From the NCBI GenBank assembly GCA_038227825.1, contig JBBRPQ010000018.1, positions 13,675 through 77,674 of the forward strand: a stretch of DNA of 64,000 nt. The letters are read 5' to 3'. The DNA comes from Chthoniobacterales bacterium (lineage in GTDB: Bacteria > Verrucomicrobiota > Verrucomicrobiia > Chthoniobacterales > Chthoniobacteraceae). Positions 47,957 to 59,116 of this stretch are shown here, piece by piece. The translations under genes were made by a program, and so were the position numbers. The notes under the pieces are model-generated. The model worked only from the letters and a program-made list of their open reading frames with translations, did not search any database and was not told where the DNA came from. Position 1 is the first letter of the stretch. Every line of letters begins with the position of its first letter.

Positions 47957-49628
47957 TTCCCATACGGACGGTGTTGCCGCAGTTGGCAGCTCCGCAAATG
48001 GTGCCAGCGCGCAATGGTGGCTCTCTGCCTGGTTTGCGATTCCGTTTCTGATCGTGGTGGTGCTGTTGTCGCGACTAACATCGATTTCGATTAATTCAGA
48101 GCTGAACCCGGACGAGAGTCAGATGCTGGCGCAGGCCATGCGAATCGGAATCGATCCGGTGCCCTGGAGGGGAATGGATGGCACGACAAGCGGACCCGTT
48201 AACTCCTGGGCGCTGTTTGTTCTCCATAAGCTGGGTATGCCACTTAGGCATTCGCATGCGCACGCTGTCGCAGCAGCAATTCTCGCCTCGTTGAGCGTCT
48301 TGACTTATGCTACGCTCCGCCAAGTTGGGTCAAAGTCGCATGCATTTATTGGAGCGGGGCTGACCGCATTCGTCATCACCCTGGCCCAGGACGACAATTT
48401 CACCCATTTTACAAGCGAGCTCATTTCTGCTCAGCTCATGGCGATGGCACTGTTTTGTTGCGCGCTGCGTTTCCGCTTTCCGATGCAAAGCATTGCGTTG
48501 GACTGTGCATCAGGATTGATGCTGGGAATCATCCCGTGGGCAAAGCTCCAGTCGATATTGGGAGCGGGAGCGCTCGCCATGTGGCTTGGTTGGCAGATAT
48601 GGCGTGGCTCCTTCTTCGGTGAGAATTTCCCGAATAAAAGATTCAAGCACCTGATTGCTTTTGGCGCTGCGTTTCTGCTGCCTGCGATACTGATGATGGG
48701 AGTCATCATCAATTTCGGAGCGGTAGAAGACTTTTGGGGCTCCTACATTCAAACAAGTATGGCCTACTCCTCCGCTGATCGGAACGGGAGTTCTTTTTTA
48801 CAGAGGGCTGTCCTTCTTTTTACCAAGGAGCACGCCGGTTACTTGAGTCAATCTGTTGGTCTTTTTGCGCTGGCATGGGGTGTGTGTAGATTCCAAGGTT
48901 GGAAAACCGCCATCCTTCCCGCCAAGAAACTCATCCCTCTATTAGCCGGCATGGCGATCATCACCGCCGTAGCAGTATTAAAACCTCCTTACCTCTTTTC
49001 GCACTATGGGATCCTCCTGTTTCAGCCTTTGACATTGTTGGCCGGCTGCATTCTTGCAGCTTGGAAGCCAAATTCCCTTTCGCTTCAAGGTCAACGGTTT
49101 CCTGCAATCTTGCTGATTCTCTGCTTTGCTGGTGTCCACATAGCAAAGCTATCGCCTCCGATTTTGTATTCACACTACTGGAATCAGGTGCGCCCTGATA
49201 ACAAGGGGGGGGCTTTGCGATTGGTTAGTGATGGGATGGATGCGATAGCGCCTGACATTAAAAGTCTGGTGGTATGGGGCTGGATGCCATCCCTTTATGT
49301 GGAGAAGGGGATAGCGCCAGCGACACGTCATGCAATCTGTCACTTCCTGATCGATCCGGGTCCTGCGCAGGCTAGGCTTCGTGAAGGATTCCTGTCGGAT
49401 ATCCGCCGGGAGAAGCCGGATATGATTGTGGATGTGGTTGCTGGGGGATGTTTTCGTTGGTACTGGGATTGTACGCGCAGGATGGGTTGCTTTCCTGAAC
49501 TGTTGGAATATGTGCAAACCCACTATGTTCTGTCAGCCGAATTGGGAGTGAAGAGTCCTGTGAATCCAGTCCGCTTCTACCTATCCCGCGAATACTTGGC
49601 AGGCCGTGCAAGATTGGAGGCTGAATGA
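47934..49628 (+). CDS. polytopic GT-C-like membrane glycosyltransferase candidate
   Basis: At least 10 hydrophobic helices. The first loop carries an acidic motif LNPDESQMLAQAMR. The C-terminal soluble domain includes VVWGWMPSLYV. It overlaps the previous gene by 23 nt. Confidence 0.6.
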   Translation: MLGAAPVNSHTDGVAAVGSSANGASAQWWLSAWFAIPFLIVVVLLSRLTSISINSELNPDESQMLAQAMRIGIDPVPWRGMDGTTSGPVNSWALFVLHKLGMPLRHSHAHAVAAAILASLSVLTYATLRQVGSKSHAFIGAGLTAFVITLAQDDNFTHFTSELISAQLMAMALFCCALRFRFPMQSIALDCASGLMLGIIPWAKLQSILGAGALAMWLGWQIWRGSFFGENFPNKRFKHLIAFGAAFLLPAILMMGVIINFGAVEDFWGSYIQTSMAYSSADRNGSSFLQRAVLLFTKEHAGYLSQSVGLFALAWGVCRFQGWKTAILPAKKLIPLLAGMAIITAVAVLKPPYLFSHYGILLFQPLTLLAGCILAAWKPNSLSLQGQRFPAILLILCFAGVHIAKLSPPILYSHYWNQVRPDNKGGALRLVSDGMDAIAPDIKSLVVWGWMPSLYVEKGIAPATRHAICHFLIDPGPAQARLREGFLSDIRREKPDMIVDVVAGGCFRWYWDCTRRMGCFPELLEYVQTHYVLSAELGVKSPVNPVRFYLSREYLAGRARLEAE

Positions 49629-50653
49629 GGGCGTTGGTCACTGGCGGCTCAGGTTACTTTGGTTCACTTCTGGTGAGGAAAATGCGCGACGAAGGGCATG
49701 AGGTCGCCGTCCTTGATGTGAATGATGCGAGTGACCGTCCTGTGGATGTCATGTTTCACGGAGTGGATATCCGTGACCGTCGTGCGCTGATGGATTGTGT
49801 GCGCGGTTACACGCATGTTTTTCACAATGTGGCCCAAGTGCCCCTTGCGAAGGATAAGCGGCTTTTCCGCTCTGTGAATGTCGATGGCACTGCAAACATT
49901 CTAGAAGCGAGCCTCGCTGCGGGCGTGAGGAAATTCGTTTATACTTCATCCAGCGCGGTTTTTGGAGTGCCGCTGTCAAATCCTGTCTTGGAGGATACAC
50001 CGCCCGAGCCAGGTGAGGCGTATGGTGCCGCAAAACTCGAAGGTGAGAGGAAGTGCCATGAAGTGTCTGCCCGTGGTCTTGATGTTTCCATCATCCGGCC
50101 CCGTACGATTCTTGGGCACGGCCGGTTGGGAATATTCCAGATTCTTTTCGAATGGATACGGAAGGGCCTAAATGTGCCGGTTTTGGGAGATGGGAATAAC
50201 GTCTATCAATTTGTCCATTCAGATGATTTGGCGACAGCATGCATGCTCGCGGCGGCTCGTCCAGGACCCGCAACCTACAATATCGGCGCTGCCGAGTTCG
50301 GAACCATGAGGGAGGCCCTGGAAGGCCTATGTGCTCATGCCCAGACCGGTTCAAAAGTCCGTTCTGTGCCTATGGGACTTGCGGTCGCTGGTATGAAGCT
50401 GACATCAGTTCTCGGTTTGTCCCCGCTTGGGGCCTACCACGCGTTGATGTATGGACGCTCCATGTATTTCGATATCGGCAAGGCTCAGCGCGAATTGGCA
50501 TTCACGCCGCGATTCACGAACGCAGAGATGCTGAGGCAAAGCTATGATTGGTACCTCATGAACGCATCCGGCGCGGCGGCTGCGTGTGGTCAAAGTCACC
50601 ATCGTTCGCCAGTTAAGCAGGGAGTGTTGTCACTGTTCGCTCGATTTTTATAG
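49625..50653 (+). CDS. extended SDR, NAD-dependent epimerase/dehydratase family
   Basis: ALVTGGSGYFGSLL and YGAAK. ATGA overlap with the GT-C-like gene. Confidence 0.85.
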   Translation: MRALVTGGSGYFGSLLVRKMRDEGHEVAVLDVNDASDRPVDVMFHGVDIRDRRALMDCVRGYTHVFHNVAQVPLAKDKRLFRSVNVDGTANILEASLAAGVRKFVYTSSSAVFGVPLSNPVLEDTPPEPGEAYGAAKLEGERKCHEVSARGLDVSIIRPRTILGHGRLGIFQILFEWIRKGLNVPVLGDGNNVYQFVHSDDLATACMLAAARPGPATYNIGAAEFGTMREALEGLCAHAQTGSKVRSVPMGLAVAGMKLTSVLGLSPLGAYHALMYGRSMYFDIGKAQRELAFTPRFTNAEMLRQSYDWYLMNASGAAAACGQSHHRSPVKQGVLSLFARFL

Positions 50654-50773
50654 CTGACGCCAAACAGGCCTTCCGTGCAGGTGAAGGTGGCGGCTTCTGC
50701 TTGTGTTGCGGAGAAATGTTTGATTTTTGGAAGCCGAGTGTTCGCTTGGTGACACGGCTCGCATGATGCGATT

Positions 50774-51892
50774 TTAGTCGTGCGTTTCTTCCGCCTTCCA
50801 CGGCACGTATTCGCCCACGAACTTTTTCCGGAACTCCGCGAATGTCCCGGCCTCGATGTGCGTGCGGATGCGGCGCATGAGATTCAGGTAGAAGTGCAGG
50901 TTGTGCAGCGTGACGAGGCGCAGGCCGAGGATTTCGTTGGCCTTGAGGAGATGGCGCAGGTAGCCGCGGGCGAACTTCCGGCACGCGGGGCATTCGCAGC
51001 CGGATTCGATGGGGCCTTCGTCCATCGTGAACTCGGCGTTTTTCAGATTCAGCGTGCCGCGCTCGGTGAAGGCGGTGCCGTTGCGCGCGATGCGCGTGGG
51101 CAGCACGCAGTCGAATAGGTCCACGCCGCGCGCGACCATTTCCACGAGCTGCGGGGGCGTGCCGAGGCCCATCGCGTAGCGCGGCTTGTCGGCGGGCAGG
51201 AAGGGCTCGGCGGACTCGACGGCCTTCATCATTTCCGGCTCGGGCTCGCCGACACTCACGCCGCCGATGGCGTATCCGTCGAAGCCGATTTGCACGAGCG
51301 CCTCGGCGCTTTCGCGGCGCAGGTCGGCGTAGCTGCTGCCTTGCACGATGCCGAATTTCATCCCCGGCGTCTCGACCTGCTTGCACACGGCGGCCCACTG
51401 GAGCGTGAGCGCGAGCGACTTTGCGGCGTAGTCGCGCTCGCACGGATGCGGCGGGCATTCGTCGAAAAGCATGGCGATGTCGCTGCCGAGCGTGGCCTGG
51501 ATTTCCATCGCCTCGCGCGGACCGAGGAACATCGGCGAGCCGTCGAGGTGATTTTGAAAATGCACGCCCTCGGGGGTGATTTTGCGCAGCTTCGCGAGCG
51601 AGAAGACCTGGAAGCCGCCGCTGTCGGTGAGGATCGGCCGATCCCAGGCCATGAAGCGGTGCAGCCCGCCGAATTTGCGCATCACGTCCATGCCGGGGCG
51701 GACGAAAAGGTGATACGTGTTGCCGAGGATGATCTGCGCGCCGAGCTGCGTGAGTTCGTCCGGCGACACCGCCTTCACCGAGCCCTGCGTGCCGACGGGC
51801 ATGAACTGCGGCGTCTGGATGTCGCCGCGCTTCGTGCGAAGGATTCCGCGGCGGGCTTTGGATGAAGGATCGGTGCCGAGCAGTGTGAACAT
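50774..51892 (-). CDS. tgt: queuine tRNA-ribosyltransferase (tRNA-guanine transglycosylase)
   Basis: Start at MFTLLGTD. Motifs present: [36 protein letters not shown], the Zn site CECPAC, and HNLHFYLNLM. Confidence 0.9.
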   Translation of the reverse strand: MFTLLGTDPSSKARRGILRTKRGDIQTPQFMPVGTQGSVKAVSPDELTQLGAQIILGNTYHLFVRPGMDVMRKFGGLHRFMAWDRPILTDSGGFQVFSLAKLRKITPEGVHFQNHLDGSPMFLGPREAMEIQATLGSDIAMLFDECPPHPCERDYAAKSLALTLQWAAVCKQVETPGMKFGIVQGSSYADLRRESAEALVQIGFDGYAIGGVSVGEPEPEMMKAVESAEPFLPADKPRYAMGLGTPPQLVEMVARGVDLFDCVLPTRIARNGTAFTERGTLNLKNAEFTMDEGPIESGCECPACRKFARGYLRHLLKANEILGLRLVTLHNLHFYLNLMRRIRTHIEAGTFAEFRKKFVGEYVPWKAEETHD

Positions 51893-52152
51893 GGGGCGGA
51901 GACGATAGTCGGCGGCGATGCGGGATGAAGGACGAAAGTCGGATGAAATTTCGCCGTGAACGATGGCCTCTGCAATTTCGGCGGGCTTGGCTCTCCAGAG
52001 GCCGTGCAAAAGTGTGTTTGCTGTGCGATTCGCGCGTCGGGACTGAATTTGGAAGCCATGACACCATGAAATCCGTGCATTTGACTCTTCAGTTCCTGGA
52101 TTCATGGCTTCCAAATTCGATGCTGCGGATTTTTTGTACAGTCTCTCAGCGA

Positions 52153-52593
52153 TCAGGGACGGCGTCCTTCGTTCACCTCGTAGTAGTCGAAGAACGTCAC
52201 AAGGTCGGTGCGGTGCGCGAGACCGCTGGCGGCTTTGTAGGCTTCGAGTTCCTGCGTGGAGCCGTCGTCCTCGTCGCGCCAGCCGCGCTTTTCCATGAAC
52301 TTGTTCCAGACGAGCAGTTGCTCTTCCGTGGGGCGCGTGCCGCACGAGTGGCACCATGCGAGCACTTCGTCATCGTGGCCGCTTGCGAGCGTGCGTTCGC
52401 GCAGTGCGGGATACGTGACACCGAGCAGGCGGCAGCAGCGGGCATCGAAACCGTCGCCGAGATTCGCGTGGAAATCCGAGCGCAACTGGCCGGCGGCGTG
52501 GAGGCGTATTTTATCAAGCATCCTCGCGAAATAGACGAGGCCGCCGGTGCGATCATAGGCGCTGCGGGGGACGCGGTCGGCGGGCGGGTTCAT
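52153..52593 (-). CDS. DUF5069-like protein
   Basis: Start at MNPPADR. VPRSAYDRTGGLVYFARMLDKIRLHAAG matches my memory of the DUF5069 N-terminal pattern. Confidence 0.6.
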   Translation of the reverse strand: MNPPADRVPRSAYDRTGGLVYFARMLDKIRLHAAGQLRSDFHANLGDGFDARCCRLLGVTYPALRERTLASGHDDEVLAWCHSCGTRPTEEQLLVWNKFMEKRGWRDEDDGSTQELEAYKAASGLAHRTDLVTFFDYYEVNEGRRP

Positions 52594-52603
52594 CGTGGGA
52601 TGA

Positions 52604-54216
<1,613 letters not shown>

Positions 54217-54293
54217 GAGCGGCGAGGAAGAAGGAAACGGCGGCGGAAATCCAGCACCGTCCTCGCAGCCGCTGCGCGGATGCCGGGGTGCCC

Positions 54294-54363
54294 TGTAGCG
54301 TAGGTCTCCTGACCTGCGCGTTGCTGGGGCACGGCCTGCGCAGCTCGGGAGATCTACGCTACA
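54294..54363. repeat. 70-nt palindromic element followed by A8
   Basis: Arms are TGTAGCGTAGGTCTCC and GGAGATCTACGCTACA (1 mismatch). Inner pairing is CTGCGC/GCGCAG. It belongs to the same family as 41206..41296. Confidence 0.6.
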
Positions 54364-54596
54364 AAAAAAACCGCGTGCGACCGACTCAGAATCGGCCGCA
54401 GTTTTTAAACCCGCTGCAGACGCTTTTCGCGAGAGGATGAAGGACGAAAGTCAGACCGGAAAACTGTCTAAAAATACGTTCACAAATGGCAGCGTTTCAC
54501 GTTCAGCATGAGTGGTTTGTGAAGCGAATTTTAATAAACGCATTGCCATGATGAAAATCTCGCCAATCGGAATCTATCGGGAGAATTGTATCAATC

Positions 54597-55085
54597 ATGA
54601 GTTACTCCCTGAACATCAATGGTCAGACTTACGTGGTGGATGCTCCTTCCGCGGATACGCCGTTGCTCTGGGTCTTGCGCGACATCCTCCACCTTACGGG
54701 CACGAAGTATGGCTGCGGCATCTCCGTGTGCTGGGCGTGCACCGTCCTCATCAATGGGCAGGCCGACAAGTCCTGCGACGTCACCGTCGGCTCCGCGGTC
54801 GGGAAGACGATCACAACCATCGAAGGGCTCGCCAATTTCCGCCTCGCCTCCGATGCGCCTGGCGCGAAGGGCATGGGACAAAAATTGCAGGAGGCGTGGG
54901 TCGCGAATCAAGCGCCGCAGTGCGGCTATTGCCAGTCCGGGATGCTCATGCAGGCAGCGGGGCTCTTTGTGAATCAGCGGCATCCGGCGAATGGCGACAT
55001 CAATGGCGCGATGCAGAATGTCTGCGTGTGCGGCACGTATCAGCGCGTGAAGGCCGCGATCAACGCCGCATCCACCGCAGTCTAA
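54597..55085 (+). CDS. (2Fe-2S)-binding small subunit of a molybdenum hydroxylase (IorA/CoxS-like)
   Basis: GTKYGCGISVCWACTVLINGQ and QCGYCQSGM. Confidence 0.85.
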   Translation: MSYSLNINGQTYVVDAPSADTPLLWVLRDILHLTGTKYGCGISVCWACTVLINGQADKSCDVTVGSAVGKTITTIEGLANFRLASDAPGAKGMGQKLQEAWVANQAPQCGYCQSGMLMQAAGLFVNQRHPANGDINGAMQNVCVCGTYQRVKAAINAASTAV

Positions 55086-55100
55086 CCCGAGGTAATCCCC

Positions 55101-57335
55101 ATGAACGAATCCACCATTTCCAAGGCGACGGCGCTCGATCGCCGTCAGTTTCTGAAAGTCTCCAGCGGCTTCCTGCTCGCGCTTACTTTCCCGATCGTCG
55201 CGAATCGCGCCCTCGCCGATACCAACATGCCGGCGAATGCCACGGGCACTGCCTTCATCCGCATCGGCACGGATGAATCCATCACGATCCTCGTCGGCGG
55301 CGGCGAGATGGGGCAGGGGATTTACACCGGCCTCTCGATGGGCGCGGCGGAGGAGCTGCGCGTAAAATGGGAGATGGTGAAAGTGGAGCCGCTCCCTGCG
55401 ATTGCATCGTGGCTCTCGGCGGGCAGCGGCGGCATCCGTTCGCGGCTTCCCACTTTTCTGAAAGCCGGCGCGGCTGCGCGCGAGATGCTCGTGAGCGCGG
55501 CGGCGGCGCAGTGGGGCGTGGCGACCACCGCGTGCCTCGCCGTGGACGGCACGGTGAAAAACACGGTGACGAATGAAGTGCTCACCTATGGCCAGCTCGC
55601 GCCTGCGGCGGCGCTGCTCCCGGTGCCGACAGCGCCGGTGCTCACGCCCGCGGCTTCGTACAAAATCATCGGCACACCTGCCGCGCGGGTGGATCTCCCG
55701 CCGAAGACAAACGGCACCGCGAAGTACGGCCTCGACGCCGTGGTGGACGGCATGGCCCTCGCGATCGTGCAGCATTGCCCGACGATGGGCGGCACGCTGG
55801 CGAGCACACCTGGAGTCCCGCCGAATGCGAGCACGGTGGTGGCACTTTACCCGGCCAGCGCCTATCCGATCACCGCGACGACCACCGCGCTGCCGAACGC
55901 ATACGCACTCGTCTCGTGGCTGCCGAACACGACGACATGGACGCTCATGGAAGCCGCGAAGGACATCGGCGGCGGCGTCTGGACCATCCCGCCGGACGCC
56001 GCGCTGCTCGACAGCACGGTCTTCAAATCACAGGCCATGAGCCTGCTCGGTCGCGGCACGCCTTTCATCGCGGAGACAAAAGGCAACGTGGACACGGCCT
56101 TCGCCAGCGCGGCGCGCGTGCTCGACATGACTTACACGCTGCCCTACCTCCCGCACGCCTGCATGGAAGTGCTGAACTGCACCGTGCGCATGACGCCCGC
56201 AACCGCGCCATTCACCGCGTGCGAAGTCTGGGCGCCGACGCAGGCCCCGAATTCCGTGCTCACCACCGCGGCCGCCGTGACCGGCCTGCCGAAGACCGCC
56301 ATCACGATTTATCCGATGCTCATGGGCGGCGGACTCGGGAGAAAATTCGAGCAGGACTACATCGCGCAAGCCATCGCGACGGCGATGACCATCGGTCGCC
56401 CCGTGAAACTCACGTGGCCGCGCGAGCAGGACATGCAGCGCGACCAATACCGCCCGATGGCCGTCACGCGCATCCAAGTCTCGCTCGACGCCGCGAACAA
56501 CATCACCGCGTGGAAAAACCGCCACGTCTCGCCGTCCATTTCCGCGCAGCGCCGTACGACGCCGCTCACCGCGTCGGACAACAACGCCACCGAGGGCGCG
56601 ACCGCGCTGCCGTATAATTTCCCGAGCCGCCTCATTGATTACGTGCAGCACATGTCGCCGATCCCCGTCGGCTACTGGCGCTCCGTCGGCTACGCGATCA
56701 ATTGCTTCGCCGTGGAATGTGCGATGGATGAAATCGCGTTCGCGATGGGCATCAGCGAACTCACGCTCCGCCGGAATCTCCTGACCACGAGCACCGATCC
56801 GCTCGCCGCGCGCACGCTGGCAGTGGTCAATGCCGCCGCCGCCACCGCCGGCTGGGAGACCACCACGGTGCCGGCCGGGCGCGCCCGCGGCATCGCTGTC
56901 GGGCAGGCCTTTGGCACCATCGTTGCGGAGGTCGCGGAGATCGGCGTGACAAAAAATGCCGCGGGCGTCGTCACAAATTTCACCGTGTATAAAGTCGCGT
57001 GCGCCGTGGATTGCGGCACCGCCGTGAACCCGAACTCCGTCGAAGCGCAGATGCAGGGCGGAATTTTCCACGGCCTCAGCGCCGCGAAATGGGGCGAGCT
57101 GAAATGGACCGCCGGAAAAGCGAGCGTCACGAACTTCAACAAATACCGCATGACGCGGCTGGGCGAATCGCCCGTGATCACAACGACCATCATCAACAGC
57201 GGCGCAGCGATGAGTGGCACCGGCGAGCCCGGCGTCCCGCCGATCGCGCCCGCCATCGCGAACGCCTACTTCAAGCTCACCGGCATCCGCGTGCGCAACC
57301 TGCCCTTCTTTCCCGGCGCGACGATGGGCGGCTAG
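55101..57335 (+). CDS. molybdopterin-binding large subunit (IorB / aldehyde oxidase-xanthine dehydrogenase family) with Tat signal
   Basis: LDRRQFLKVSSGF, GGGEMGQGIYT, GGGLGRK and GEPGVPP. Confidence 0.85.
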   Translation: MNESTISKATALDRRQFLKVSSGFLLALTFPIVANRALADTNMPANATGTAFIRIGTDESITILVGGGEMGQGIYTGLSMGAAEELRVKWEMVKVEPLPAIASWLSAGSGGIRSRLPTFLKAGAAAREMLVSAAAAQWGVATTACLAVDGTVKNTVTNEVLTYGQLAPAAALLPVPTAPVLTPAASYKIIGTPAARVDLPPKTNGTAKYGLDAVVDGMALAIVQHCPTMGGTLASTPGVPPNASTVVALYPASAYPITATTTALPNAYALVSWLPNTTTWTLMEAAKDIGGGVWTIPPDAALLDSTVFKSQAMSLLGRGTPFIAETKGNVDTAFASAARVLDMTYTLPYLPHACMEVLNCTVRMTPATAPFTACEVWAPTQAPNSVLTTAAAVTGLPKTAITIYPMLMGGGLGRKFEQDYIAQAIATAMTIGRPVKLTWPREQDMQRDQYRPMAVTRIQVSLDAANNITAWKNRHVSPSISAQRRTTPLTASDNNATEGATALPYNFPSRLIDYVQHMSPIPVGYWRSVGYAINCFAVECAMDEIAFAMGISELTLRRNLLTTSTDPLAARTLAVVNAAAATAGWETTTVPAGRARGIAVGQAFGTIVAEVAEIGVTKNAAGVVTNFTVYKVACAVDCGTAVNPNSVEAQMQGGIFHGLSAAKWGELKWTAGKASVTNFNKYRMTRLGESPVITTTIINSGAAMSGTGEPGVPPIAPAIANAYFKLTGIRVRNLPFFPGATMGG

Positions 57336-57359
57336 CCTTTGTGTTAAAAATTTAGCACC

Positions 57360-58502
57360 ATGAAAACCATCCAGGCCATCGTCGAACTCGCGGCTCAGTC
57401 GCGCGCCGGCGACGTGCTCGCGATGGCGACCGTGATGAAAGTGCGCGGCTCCGCCTACCGCCGCCCCGGCGCGCGGATGCTGATGAATGCGGACGGTCGC
57501 ACCGCCGGAATGATCAGCGGCGGCTGCCTCGAAAACGACGCCCGTGAGCGCGCACGCGAAGTCATCGCGACGGGCCGCCCCGTGCTCGTCACTTATGATT
57601 CCACCGCGCCCGAGGACATCGTCTTTGGCCTCGGCCTCGGCTGCAACGGCGTCCTGCAAGTGCTCATCGAACCGCTCACCGTCGGCGACGAAACCGGCCT
57701 GCTCGCCTTCCTTGCCGCGTGCGTCGCGCGCCGGCAGATGGGCCGCATCGCCACGATTTTCCAGTCGGAAAATATCCCGCTCGGCGCGCGCGTGCTGCGC
57801 TGGCCGGATGCGCGCGTGACATCCACCTGCACCGATCCCGCCGTGGCCGCCACGCTCCTCGGCGCATTGCAGGAAAACGCCACGCGCCGCAACGCCATCC
57901 GCGGAATCGTCCTGCCGGATCACACGAGCGCGGGCGTGCTCATCGAGACCGTCGCGCCGCCGCTGCCGCTCACCATTTTCGGCGCAGGCGACGACGCGAT
58001 CCCGCTCGCGCAGGCGGCGAAACTCCTCGGCTGGCACGTCACCGTCATTGATGCGCGCCCCGCGTACGCGACCGCCGAGCGTTTCCCGAGCGCCGACGCC
58101 GTGATCTGCGAGCGCCCGGAAACTCTCGGTTCGCACTCGCAAGCCGTCTTCCCGCCCGAGGCGATGGTCATGATCATGACGCACAGCTTCACGCGCGACC
58201 GCACGTTGCTGCGCACGCTCCTGCCGCGCGACCTGCGCTACATCGGCATCCTCGGCCCGAAGTCGCGCACGCAGCGCCTGCTCGACGAACTCGCGGACGA
58301 CGGCGTGATCTTTGCCGTGGAAAATCTCGCGCGACTCCACGGCCCCGCCGGCCTCGACATCGGCGCAGAGACTCCGGAAGAGATCGCCATTTCCATCCTT
58401 GGCGAAATGCAGGCCGTCCTCTCGCAACGCCCCGGCGGCGCACTCCGCGAGCGCAATGCACCGATTCACGATCCCGCGGATCAAACCCACGCCACCGCAT
58501 GA
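57360..58502 (+). CDS. XdhC/CoxI-family molybdenum-cofactor insertion accessory protein
   Basis: ATVMKVRGSAYRRPGARM..GMISGGCLE and LTIFGAGDDAIPLA. Confidence 0.85.
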   Translation: MKTIQAIVELAAQSRAGDVLAMATVMKVRGSAYRRPGARMLMNADGRTAGMISGGCLENDARERAREVIATGRPVLVTYDSTAPEDIVFGLGLGCNGVLQVLIEPLTVGDETGLLAFLAACVARRQMGRIATIFQSENIPLGARVLRWPDARVTSTCTDPAVAATLLGALQENATRRNAIRGIVLPDHTSAGVLIETVAPPLPLTIFGAGDDAIPLAQAAKLLGWHVTVIDARPAYATAERFPSADAVICERPETLGSHSQAVFPPEAMVMIMTHSFTRDRTLLRTLLPRDLRYIGILGPKSRTQRLLDELADDGVIFAVENLARLHGPAGLDIGAETPEEIAISILGEMQAVLSQRPGGALRERNAPIHDPADQTHATA

Positions 58503-59116
58503 GCACCGGCATCATCATCCTCGCCGCCGGAGAATCGGTCCGCATGGGCGAGCCGAAGCAGCTCCTCGCATATCATGGCACGACGCTCCTCCAGCACGCC
58601 ATCGCCACCGCACTCGAACTCGACGGCACGCCGGTCGTCGTCGTGCTCGGCGCGCACGCCGAGAAGATCCGCACGCAGATCAGTGAGCCTCGCGTGACGT
58701 TCGCGGAAAATCCCGACTGGCTCGAAGGCATGGGCGCTTCCGTGCGGGTCGGCCTCAGCGCGATGCTCGCCGCGCACCCGGATGTTGCCGGCGTCATTTT
58801 CCTGCCGTGCGATCAGCCGCTCCTCACGGCCGCCACGCTGCGCGATCTCATCGCCGCACACGAACGCACCGGTCGCGCGATTGCGGCGTCGGAATACGGC
58901 GGCGTGCTCGGCGTGCCCGCGCTTTTTGCACGCGATCATTTTCCCGAACTGCTCGCGCTCGACGGTGCCACCGGCGCGCGGCAAATCATCTGGGCGCACC
59001 GTGCAAATGCGATTGGCGTGCCGTTTCCCGAAGGCGCGGTGGATGTGGACACGCCCGCCGACTACGCCCGCCTGCACGAACCTTTCCGCGAACATTCCAT
59101 CCCTGCCATCGTATGA
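58499..59116 (+). CDS. MobA/MocA-like molybdenum cofactor nucleotidyltransferase
   Basis: IILAAGESVRMGEPKQLL and LPCDQPLL. ATGA overlaps occur at both ends. Confidence 0.8.
   Translation: MSTGIIILAAGESVRMGEPKQLLAYHGTTLLQHAIATALELDGTPVVVVLGAHAEKIRTQISEPRVTFAENPDWLEGMGASVRVGLSAMLAAHPDVAGVIFLPCDQPLLTAATLRDLIAAHERTGRAIAASEYGGVLGVPALFARDHFPELLALDGATGARQIIWAHRANAIGVPFPEGAVDVDTPADYARLHEPFREHSIPAIV

Larger units (their letters stand above)
43336..50773. other. lower-GC insertion (island A) between the tgt 3-prime relic and the intact tgt stop
   Basis: Spot GC on single 60-nt lines is 45-48% inside against 58-65% in the flanks. The content is a single five-gene operon. No recombinase is present. Confidence 0.6.

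Noticed and set aside
50613-52067. 484-aa minus-strand ORF, and the 527-aa extension 50774..52357, over tgt.
   Set aside because: The 484-aa ORF is an Arg-rich alternative frame of tgt. The 527-aa ORF is tgt with a non-protein-like 155-aa leader, and the conserved Tgt N-terminus begins at MFTLLGTD (51892).
56028-58490. 820-aa minus-strand ORF, the longest ORF in the window.
   Set aside because: It is antisense to the IorB-like and XdhC genes and has extreme Arg/Gly/Ala/His composition. No domain motif was recognisable.
58807-59112. The upstream 102 codons of the 739-aa track ORF for the beta-helix protein.
   Set aside because: This stretch lies out of frame inside the well-supported MocA-like gene and is Arg-rich. 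A signal peptide starts at the ATG at 59113, which forms an ATGA overlap with the upstream stop.
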